From Antedon mediterranea (Eukaryota; Animalia; Echinodermata), in contig NC_092675.1 in NCBI RefSeq assembly GCF_964355755.1, positions 30,972,912-31,036,911 on the forward strand: a DNA stretch of 64,000 bases. Direction: 5' to 3'. Under the pieces are notes generated by a model. That model was not told where the DNA came from and ran no database searches. It worked only from the letters and a program-made list of their open reading frames with translations. The position numbers and the translations under genes are program-made. Of this stretch, positions 25,381 through 35,900 are shown one piece after another. The stretch's first letter is position 1, and each line of letters begins with the position of its first letter.

Positions 25381-27315
25381 ATGTACGTGACATTTGCACT
25401 CATTCTTATACTAGTTCCAAATGGAATTTTGTCAGCCGAAAGTGTTATCGGCACAGAACCGGAAAAAGTACTCGTGAAACCAGTAAATACTAAATGTGAC
25501 AATGAAAAGGCCACAGATACAACAACTACGAAAAGTTCAGGATGTGTTGTGAGTGGTGATACAAAGGATTCAGATGAAAAACGAGGAAATTATTTTCAAC
25601 GTTTGCAAAAGGATACAAAAGAAATTAGCGACGACAAGGAAGACGACAAACGGGCCAACTATCACCGTCGACTAAGAAGTGACGGTGACGACGTTGAGAA
25701 GGAACCTGAAAAACGCGGCAATTTCCATCGACGTCTAAGAATGGATGAAACGGACATGGCGGCAAATAAAAGAGCAAATGACTTTGACGAAAGCGAGATG
25801 ACAGAAGAAGAAAAGAGAGCAAATTACTTTCGGCGTCCAAGGCCACGAGCGGCGGACGAAAGCGAGATGACAGAAGAGGAAAAGAGGGCAAATTACTTTC
25901 AGCGTCCAAGGCCACGAGCAGCGGACGAAAGCGAGATGACAGAAGAGGAAAAGAGAGCAAATTACTTTCGGCGTCCACGGCCACGAGCAGCGGACGAAAG
26001 CGAGATGACAGAAGAGGAAAAGAGAGCAAATTACTTTCGGCGTCCAAGGCCACGAGCGGCGGACGAAAGCGAGATGACAGAAGAGGAAAAGAGAGCCAAT
26101 TACTTTCGGCGTCCAAGGCCACGAGCGGCGGACGAAAGCGAGATGACAGAAGAGGAAAAGAGAGCCAATTACTTTCGGCGTCCAAGGCCACGAGCGGCGG
26201 ACGAAAGCGAGATGACAGAAGAGGAAAAGAGAGCAAATTACTTTCGGCGTCCAAGGCCACGAGCGGCGGACGAAAGCGAGATGACAGAAGAGGAAAAGAG
26301 GGCAAATTACTTTCGGCGTCCAAGGCCGCGATCGGCGGACGAAAGCGAGATGACAGAAGAGGAAAAGAGAGCCAATTACTTTCGGCGTCCAAGGCCGCGA
26401 GCAGCGGACGAAAGCGACATGACAGAAGAGGAAAAGAGAGCCAATTATTTTCGGCGTCCAAGGCCACGAGCATCGGACGAAAGCGAGATGACAGAAGAAG
26501 AAAAGAGGGCAAATTACTTTCGGCGTCCAAGGCCACGAACGGCGGACGAAAGCGAGATGACAGAAGAGGAAAAGAGGGCAAATTACTTTCGGCGTCCAAG
26601 GCCACGAGCGGCGGACGAAAGCGAGATGACAGAAGAGGAAAAGAGGGCAAATTACTTTCGGCGTCCAAGGCCGCGATCGGCCGACGAAAGCGAGATGACA
26701 GAAGAGGAAAAGAGAGCCAATTATTTTCGGCGCCCAAGGCCACGAGCGGCGGACGAAAGCGAGATGACAGAAGAGGAAAAGAGAGCAAATTACTTTGACG
26801 AAAGCGAGATGACAGAAGAGGAAAAGAGAGCAAATTACTTTCGGCGTCCAAGGCCGCGAGCGGCGGACGAAAGCGAGATGACAGAAGAAGAAAAGAGAGC
26901 AAATTACTTTCGGCGTCCAAGGCCACGAGCGGCGGACGAAGGCGAGATGACAGAAGAGGAAAAGAGAGCAAATTACTTTCGGCGTCCAAGGCCACGAGCG
27001 GCGGAAGAAAGCGATATGACAGAAGAGGAAAAGAGGGCAAATTACTTTCGGCGTCCAAGGCCACGAGCGGCGGACGAAAGCGAGATGACAGAAGAGGAAA
27101 AGAGAGCCAATTACTTTCGGCGTCCAAGGCCTCGAGCGGCGGAAGAAAGCGATATGACAGAAGAGGAAAAGAGGGCAAATTACTTTCGGCGTCCAAGGCC
27201 GCGATCGGCGGACGAAAGCGAGATGACAGAAGAGGAAAAGAGAGCCAATTATTTTCGCCGTCCTCGTCCACGTCCACGAAAAGATACAAAAGCTGTAGCT
27301 GAAGAGAATAATTAA
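25381..27315 (+). CDS. Secreted multi-copy peptide precursor, AN-peptide-like neuropeptide precursor, 644 aa, single coding exon
   Basis: Acceptor ttttctag ends at 25370, then ATG at 25381. Hydrophobic signal peptide MYVTFALILILVPNGILS, acidic propeptide, KR-preceded peptides GNYFQRLQ, ANYHRRLR, GNFHRRLR, then 69-bp/23-aa units KR-ANYFRRPRPR-AADESEMTEEE. N-terminal AN followed by aromatic and basic residues matches the echinoderm AN-peptide family. AATAAA at ~27361, 27376, 27749, 27874. Confidence 0.88.
   Translation: MYVTFALILILVPNGILSAESVIGTEPEKVLVKPVNTKCDNEKATDTTTTKSSGCVVSGDTKDSDEKRGNYFQRLQKDTKEISDDKEDDKRANYHRRLRSDGDDVEKEPEKRGNFHRRLRMDETDMAANKRANDFDESEMTEEEKRANYFRRPRPRAADESEMTEEEKRANYFQRPRPRAADESEMTEEEKRANYFRRPRPRAADESEMTEEEKRANYFRRPRPRAADESEMTEEEKRANYFRRPRPRAADESEMTEEEKRANYFRRPRPRAADESEMTEEEKRANYFRRPRPRAADESEMTEEEKRANYFRRPRPRSADESEMTEEEKRANYFRRPRPRAADESDMTEEEKRANYFRRPRPRASDESEMTEEEKRANYFRRPRPRTADESEMTEEEKRANYFRRPRPRAADESEMTEEEKRANYFRRPRPRSADESEMTEEEKRANYFRRPRPRAADESEMTEEEKRANYFDESEMTEEEKRANYFRRPRPRAADESEMTEEEKRANYFRRPRPRAADEGEMTEEEKRANYFRRPRPRAAEESDMTEEEKRANYFRRPRPRAADESEMTEEEKRANYFRRPRPRAAEESDMTEEEKRANYFRRPRPRSADESEMTEEEKRANYFRRPRPRPRKDTKAVAEENN
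25783..27280 (+). repeat. Coding 69-bp tandem array inside the peptide precursor
   Basis: First ANYF codon at 25819, last at 27244: 1425 nt = 20 x 69 + one 45-nt deleted unit. Differences between units are mostly synonymous or in the spacer. Confidence 0.97.
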
Positions 27316-29849
27316 CAAAACATTTGAACAATTACGTCATCCAAATATTATGACGTCAAAAATAAACTATTAAAAAATAAAACAAATCTGTTATTATGAA
27401 TTATGAAAATTATCTCTGTGGTAGCAGTGTTAGTGATGAAAAAAATCCGATAAACGACGAGTATTTTTCTATTAGACTAAAGTATTAGTAGGCCTAGACA
27501 AAAATGAATCGTGAATTTTAGAAAATGTATTAATGACATTCACATACAATTCATTTGTTTTGTTCTTGTTGTATAATGTTGTAGACCGCAAGTGTGTCAC
27601 GAGAGACATTCAGATTCATCGCCCTGTTAGATACTACCCAAGCAGACAATAGGGTGGGGGATATGTGAAGAAATTAAATCAATACGTCATGATACGCATT
27701 TAAGAAAGTTGTAAATAGAAAACTTAAATTTAAATATGTATATTGCAATATAAAAATATTTTAAATTGATTAATTTATTAACTAAATAATGTGTAAATGT
27801 TAATTAATGTAAAGAATAAGATGCTCTATAATGTGTGATTGTGTTAGACGATAGTCCTGTGTTGAAATGACGTAATAAAATGTTGATGCAATTGCGTAAC
27901 GTGTCAGTTTGCTCGTTGAAAGCGCTATCTCATCAAATGACGTCACAAATTCGGTTGTTTTATTTTGTTAATCTTTACGACCCCGATTTATCGTAAGGAC
28001 TCTCTCTATGGTTATGCTTTATTACGTCATCAAGTTCATTAATATATCCCATAATGTTCGACCAATTTTGTAACAAAGTTTACAAAACTTTTCCAACAAT
28101 CTCAAAAGAATGCCAAAGGGATTGTTGTTGAGCGTGATGAGAAGAAGCGGGAAAATCTTGAATTTTGAGGTACAAACAAAACGAACCATGCAATCTTCGT
28201 CGTAACCAACTCGCTAAGCATCCGTGTCGAATTCTCATATTGCTCAATATTAAAGTCGACACATACTCAATGTTTCGGTTCATTTCCTTAACTTCAGCTA
28301 AATAGCTCTTTCAGAAAAGAAAATTTATCTTTTATAAACTTACTAAAATGAAATTGAAAATTCTTTTCTATATAATTCAAATCTCTAAATTTCAGCAATG
28401 TTAATGCTATGTATAGTTTTTGTTTGTGTTGTATGATCGGATGCGTGTGCAGTTTTAATATCGCGTTAGTAACGCACATTAGTGAGTTTTCATAATAAAG
28501 CAAATTAGTCTACATGTATATCTTAAGGCAAATGAAACTAAGTTGAACAAACAAATCATGTCGAATCCATCGCTTTAGTGAAGGAAATCTCATATCGTTT
28601 GACACATTTTCATTAATTTAACTGCCTAGATTGTTGGAGACTTTCGCCAAAATGTCATCGGATACTATCAAATCAAATCAAATGATGCGGACGGACGGTC
28701 CGTATCTAGAACGCGTACACATATTTTGTAACGTATGGCAATAATATCGCACGCCAAAGCATAATGACGTTTCCGGGCGATAATTGAGAGTAAACAAAAC
28801 TGAATCGTCATTTAAAAAACGTATTTTAAGCAATAAAGGTTTAATATAGTTGGCCTCCTAAGTCCTTTCATTACAGATTAGTACGACGTAACAGTACGTT
28901 GATCTTTAATTGCATGATGCTCTTCAAATTAGAAATAGAAAACAAATTACAATACACTTAGAGATGTTTGAAAAAGGATTCTGTTTGCGCTCTGAATGTT
29001 ACGATGGGAAGACGATGGTTGTTGTGCTACTAATTAAAAACCCCACTCTTTGCCCCTCCTAGTTCACGTACCGTTCGTTTATAATGTTATGGTATGCTTA
29101 AATATTTAATCTATTGTTAGTCCATTCTTTCGACTCTCTCATACCACTGTTAAACAATGTATCACCTGGTGCATATAACCCGGCTCAATTAAGGGAGCTA
29201 TTTGAAAGCAAACATTGCGGGTAAAATTGACACACCGCCCGCCCCACCACATACACGCGAACAACACAGGCACTTTTTATTCCAAAATAATAATAAGTAG
29301 TTTAGTGCTGCGAGTACCTGATGCATGTGAATGCACAAATTATCTATAAATTAATGAAGTTGTATTTAAAATCGTTGGTTTTATTGATGGTATCCCACAC
29401 TAATGGCACATAACTATACAACTTGATTACTTTTCATCCCCAATGATGTGTGTTTAATCGCCGCTATTGCATTACCAACCAAATCACCTCCCCACAGACC
29501 ACATCAACTCTTTTATCAGTTTTTTTTTCGTTAAGGAAAATGAGTATTCGAAAGGGAATGTAGTAGTTGTCATGCATAACTTCCAGTTGACTCGTATCCT
29601 ATATTTTAATGTTGAGCACCTTTAGTGAATCAATAGTTGTATTTATTTATCTCATTAAATGTACATCATCTGTTTTCAAACGAAGAAGCTCAACGATAAT
29701 GATACAGTTATCATAATGATAGATAACTTTATTTAGAGCTTTCATTTGAACCTTTCAATATGCTCGTTGGACCTATCCAAACAATTCACCCACATCGGGC
29801 CAAAACCGCTAAATATACCTCATTAAATTTCTAAATTTAAAAAAATCTA

Positions 29850-30020
29850 TTATTACGGTGTCCAGTCAGTCAGAGCTTAAACACAAGGGCACTAGAACAT
29901 GTAAATTATTACGGTGTCCAGTCAGTCAGAGCTTAAACACAAGGGCACTAGAACATGTAAATTATTACGGTGTCCAGTCAGTCAGAGCTTAAACACAAGG
30001 GCACTAGAACATGTCAATTA
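29850..30020. repeat. 56-bp tandem repeat x3
   Basis: TATTACGGTGTCCAGTCAGTCAGAGCTTAAACACAAGGGCACTAGAACATG. Confidence 0.93.
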
Positions 30021-30919
30021 TAATGCTGTTGTATGGTATTCAAAACACTGAGCGGATGGAGACGTATCACGTGTTTGCACTAAGAACAATACTGTAGTGG
30101 GACGACCAAAAGAAAACTAAAGATTAAGAATTGTGAAAATGTGAAAGGTGTGTTACGGGCAGAGCTCAAGACATGGAGCAAATCGTGGACAAGAAACAGG
30201 TAGTAGGCCTATTATAGTGAGAGGTTTGGTTTTTTTTTACGAGATTGAGGCAGGCAGATTGTGTATTCTGTTGAGTCGTCGCTGTTTAACCTATAACTTG
30301 TAAAATATACTTGTGTTAGAAATTGAATTGCATCTGCAGTGTTAAAATGAGAAAGACGAAAACCTGTTGAAATAGTATAACAGCGATAAGAGATAGATAG
30401 ATTATTAAACACTTAGGATGATGGGAAATGTAATTTGAGATCCGATATCAATGATGCTAATCCTAAGCTTTCACGTTTTTATTACAAAGTCATCTTCTAA
30501 TTTGTCACATCACGTGTTATCGTGCTAAATATAACCCGCGTGCGTGGGCCTGGTAATGACATTACTTTCTCATTATTCTGTTTGGCGCTTCACATAGATA
30601 CTTATAATCACTTAATTTATGATGTCATGGAATAAGATAGGGAAATTCCCTAAGTGGGGCCCGACGGCTAGAGCAAGGGGATAAACGAAAGGAATGATTA
30701 CGAGCTGTTATGCCTTAAGATTAATTAGTTAACCGATATGTATGTGGAACGATAGTCATTATTCGATAATTCCACATAATCAACAAGCACAAATTGTCGA
30801 ATATAAGGCGTCTTCCTGAAATCGACACTAATATTTCATTATTTTTCATGTCAACGGCAACTTAAGCCTATAGCAATTCTGAACGAAGCCTATTTCAACA
30901 TAGGTCTGAAAACAACTTT

Positions 30920-31275
30920 TATTGTGCGATAATATTGCTATATATTGCGTTATAATCATCTTAATAGAGTGTTTGTAACCAGTTATGTCGAAAAAGAAAA
31001 GGGTCGAAATTTGGCCAATTTTGGAGAAAAAAAACCTGTACTATTAGTACAGGGATTTTGTCGGAAAATGGCCAAAATATCCACTTTTTAAAAGTCAATC
31101 ATTGTGCGATAATATTGCTATATATGCGCATATATTGCGTTATCATAATCTTATAGAGTGTTTGTAATCAGTTATGTCGAAGAATAAAAAGGGTGGAAAG
31201 GGATTTTGACAAATGGCCAAAATATGACCTTTTGAATATTCAATTACCGTACATTACGCGATAATGTGCTATATA
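30920..31275. repeat. Diverged ~180-bp duplication
   Basis: ATTGTGCGATAATATTGCTATAT...AGAGTGTTTGTAA.CAGTTATGTCGAA repeated. Confidence 0.75.
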
Positions 31276-31319
31276 CTGTATTCGCATACTGTATATCAAC
31301 AAATGACCAAAATAAGTAA

Positions 31320-31456
31320 AGCTGTCTACACTATCAAACTAGTTTGACAAAAGAAGTGGGATGTGCCTAAATATGGTAGTGATATAACATTATCATGTCC
31401 ATATATGTGCACATCACATTTTTGTCACATCAAGTTTGATAGTGTAAACAGAGTTT
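31320..31456. mobile_element. MITE family A copy
   Basis: AGCTGTCTACACTATCAAACTAG...GTTTGATAGTGTAAACAGAGT. Confidence 0.72.
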
Positions 31457-32719
31457 AAGTTTGTCTACATATGGAAATCTCATCAATCATTAAACCTTGA
31501 ATAGTGTAAGTACAAAGTAATACTGTACTGTAATGCCTCTGAAAGATTACTTTATGGGGATTTGTTGTTGCTGCTGTTACGATCACCAATTTGTGGTCAC
31601 CACCCTACGCCACCAATATCGTAATCAATATTGAATGAGCAATGTCTTTTTACAAGCAAAAGTTCTTCTTGAGAAAAATTGATATAGGTGTTAATTATGT
31701 ATGTGTTATTAGTAAGCACCAGGGGGGTTACATTAAGTGGTCATATGTTCACATGCCCGAGGCTCTACAATTATGATGTTAAGACATTAAGTATTTCTGC
31801 ATTAAGGTTTTGACATCAAACGCTGATTCTCATACTAATTCTCGTAGCTTATTTACTTATTGTTAAAATTTAGATAACACAAATCAAACCAATGCCATAG
31901 GCTCCTTTACAATTTCACTTTTTACTTTTTCTAATAGAAATTCATTCAATGTTGTGCTTTTAAATAATAATCATTTTAGAGTAACTATTAATAGTAACAG
32001 TTCACACAGATCTAATATATGCATTCTGTTACTGAAAAGAAAAATATTGTATTACACATGTTGTACTGCATCTCTATCTCTACAGAGTTCTTGCAACAGA
32101 GGCATTACGGTACGAATAAAAGACAAAAATCTTACTATTTAAAATAAAAACAAAAACAACCAGATACCAGTATTTTTACTTATAATGTTTTTGAAATAAA
32201 TTATACAAAATTAACTTCTAATACATATTAAAACAAATTCAAAAACTAAATTAATGAAATAAATTCTGTTAAAAATAATACAATTTTCTGTATGTTCAGC
32301 TTATAATGTTTTATTTAGTAAAAGAGCCATGACAGCAGTATACATATTAAACAGTGATTTTTACTAAACACATAATTGAACCTTGTTTAGAAGTGAAACT
32401 AATGTTGTTATACTTTACTCGGCGGGCCTTCTTTACTAAATCTAATTTTATCTGCTTATATTATGAATTTTATATTTGACTTTCTTACAAAAAATTATTG
32501 TCTAGCAGTCTGAACCAAACATAATAGAGCATTTGTACATATATAATCAATAAGTTGATGTAGCATGATTATTTTCTACAAATTGCATACGTAATTGTTT
32601 TTATAGTAATGAATACAAAACTAAATGAAAGCAAAAGTGTAACAGTTTTAAGAGTTGAGTTTCATAATACTGAAATGTTTTTTAACAATACACCAGTTGT
32701 ATTAATTATGTCTTAATAC

Positions 32720-32893
32720 TTTGTAGAATAGACGTCTGTTCACACAGCATTGTAGCAGGAGTTTGGAGCATTCTTATGAAATAAGAAGTTTGTAGACTAG
32801 ACGTCTGTTCACACAGCATTGTAGCAGGAGTTTGGAGCATTCTTATGAAATAAAAAGTTTGTAGACTAGACGTCTGTTCACACAGCATTGTAG
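32720..32893. repeat. 69-bp tandem repeat x2.5 in the FZR1 3' UTR
   Basis: GACGTCTGTTCACACAGCATTGTAG at 32731, 32800, 32869. Confidence 0.9.
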
Positions 32894-32934
32894 TATGAGT
32901 TAGTATTCATTTGATACATCCTGCCTACTATTAG

Positions 32935-35900
32935 TTACCTGATGTGATTTAGTAGGTTCAAAACAGACTTTGATTCCTGAGTAAAAAAACAGAACATTCT
33001 GGTATTCAAAATAAGCAAGAATAAAACTTGTAAATCACAAAAATACATTTAAATAAATACAGATCTATTAAACACAATTTGATTTCAGTATAATTAGTAT
33101 TATTCATGCGGTTATTTTGATAAATTTGTATTAGAATTTATAAATTTTGTAACTTTGATCAAGTCATTTCAATTTTTAAATCCCTCTTCTCAATGTTTTA
33201 TTACCTGTATAATTTGTTTATTTCTTTTTTAATGTATTAGCAAACAAATTCAGCCATTATTATTATACCAAAATAAATAGTAGTAGTTTATATCATGTAT
33301 TAAGCTCTGTTTACACTATCAAACTAGTTTGACAAAAAAATGTGATGTACCTAAATATGGTAGTGATATGCCCAAATATAGTAGTGTTATGACCTCATCA
33401 TGTCCATATATGGGCACATCACATTTATTGTCACAATAATAATAATAATAAATTATGATAGTTTGGACAGAGCTTTAAGTGTGATTTAAATGCAATTATT
33501 TCTATCGCAATGACTTTCATTTGTTTATTCTTTATAACAATTATTAATGATTCAAAATAGTAGTGGGAATCAGGTGTAATGTAATGCCTACTTTTATTAA
33601 ATAGTGCCGTGTGCATAATAGTGCCGTGTGCATAATAACATTGTAATCATTATGCGCACATGCATCATCACCTTGTTACAAGTTTTTAGTTATCAAATTT
33701 GGGTAAAAAAAGTCAAGCATTTGAAAATTAAGGTTGATGATGATGTAGATTGAAGTATTACAGAGTGCATTTCATAAAAGACAAATGATATATGATTATT
33801 ATACAATGTATGTTGCTTAAAGTAAGTAAAATAAATATTATTATAATATACAATGTATGTTACTTAAAGTAAGTAAAATGAATATTAGTTAGTTAGTTTT
33901 TCATTTATCTGTTTTTGTTTCTCAAAGCAAACATAATTTCTATGTATATTTTATATGCAAATGACAATAAATAGAAGTAATGTTCCACCGATGAATAAAC
34001 ATACTGTTGTATACAGTGGCAGTGTTATGAATAAAAATGTTATTCATTATTTATTGATATTGTAATAATAATATTTTGCTTCATATTTAAAATTCCTGTC
34101 ATCTCACCATTATATAAAGTCTACTACTACTGCCATTTATCTTATTTACAGCAATTGCTACTCAATGTCCGAATATTTCTCATATTATTTACATATTATT
34201 TTGACGTATTGCAATATTCCGTTGTTATAAATCTTGATTTAATGGATTCAAGTTGGCCCTGTTCTGAATACCAATAAGAGGTTTGGTTCTAATTGAATTT
34301 AAACATTGCCAACATTACTATTATTACTTTATCCAATACACGGCTATCTTGTTTCTTTCAATCAAATTTAAACACCGCAAACATGGTTACTGCTTCTTTC
34401 AATTGAATTTAAACATCGCAAACATGATTATATCGTTTTATTCTTTTTTGCAAATTTACAAATAAGAGTTATTATTATTAAACTCTCTAAACCCTTTGGG
34501 AATTTAAGAAAACTAAAACATAAACGAAAGAATTCTATAAAAAGGAGGAATTAATAACTTCAACTTACCTTAGTTGACCTAGATTTGCTAAAAACGTTCC
34601 AGAAGCGTAAAGTTTCGTCCCCCGCCCCGGTAACTATGGCTTCACCATCGGGAGACATTGCCTGCATAAATTAATAAATAAAAATGTATCAAATAACTTA
34701 GTATTGATTTTAAAGATGTTAAAGCTATATATCAATATAGTTCTGAATTTCAAATGTTACAAAATTGTTTTTTTTTTTCAAGTTAATTATTTTTTTGTGA
34801 ATTGAGAAATTATGTGATGTGAAATTAAAATGATAACATACTGTATTCAACAAAAATATGGTACAATACATAGAATTGAGGAGGAAATAATACATTTTAA
34901 TAAATAAATAATACATTTAATAATACATACTCAACACAGACAAACAAACATGTGTATCCATTGAAATGTACAACATGATGATGTGAAGTTGTGATAACAT
35001 AAATAACATTCAGATTGATATCACATTAATGTCAGGCTGTAGTTGTTGAAGCTCATGTTTCTTAATTACATACTGATGATTCAATTACAAAAAATAGAAA
35101 TAAGCATCTCCTTAACCTTTTCAACTACGATTCTTGACAGTAACATTGGCAAGCTGATTTAGTTGACTTTATTGCTGCACCATACATACATTTGTTGGTT
35201 GCTGTCTTTGGAGGCTATGTTGATCAGTTCATATACATTCTCATTTGTATTGTAATCATTAGAGACACATTGGGCCAGTAAAAATAATGCAAAATATCAC
35301 GTTTAAATCTACTTACCAGATACAAGACACGATATGAATGGCCAGTAAGTTTAGCTACTTGTACCAAGGATGGGTATTTCCACACTAATATCTGATTCTG
35401 TGAGTAACCATGTGTGCTAACCTGAAACAAAAAAATGTACATTTTAATACGCTATATTCTATTATATTTTTTACTGAGGTAAACATAATGTTGAATGGGC
35501 ATTGATTTGATTTGATTTGAGGCCAAAAACTGGTGAGACAAGGTACAATAGATTAATACCTGTAAAAATATAACATTGTTTTGATGCCAAAAACTGGTGA
35601 GAATACTATATTAAATCACTCCATATATAAAATATACATGCCCATTATATAACATACAAAGGTATAAACAAGGTATATAAAATTATAACATAGAATATGT
35701 TTAAACTCCCTATAGAGTTTATTTGCTAAAGTTGTTAGTAATGTAAGAATCATAACTATCGGGATAATTACAGCAGCCAATGTAAATATGTACCACAAAT
35801 TTAGTGACCTAAAGAAAATGGTAAATTTGTGAAAGTTAAAAAAAAAGGTAAGATGGAAAGCCTATATGTTAGGTTATTTTCAAATGGTATTAAAAAGATA

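Noticed and set aside
25625-27331. 568-aa and 527-aa antisense ORFs over the precursor
   Set aside because: Shadows of a 69-bp repeat that lacks stops in those frames; no independent features.
28050-28260. Coding-like stretch downstream of the precursor
   Set aside because: All frames close quickly and no recognisable domain; possibly a transposon relic.
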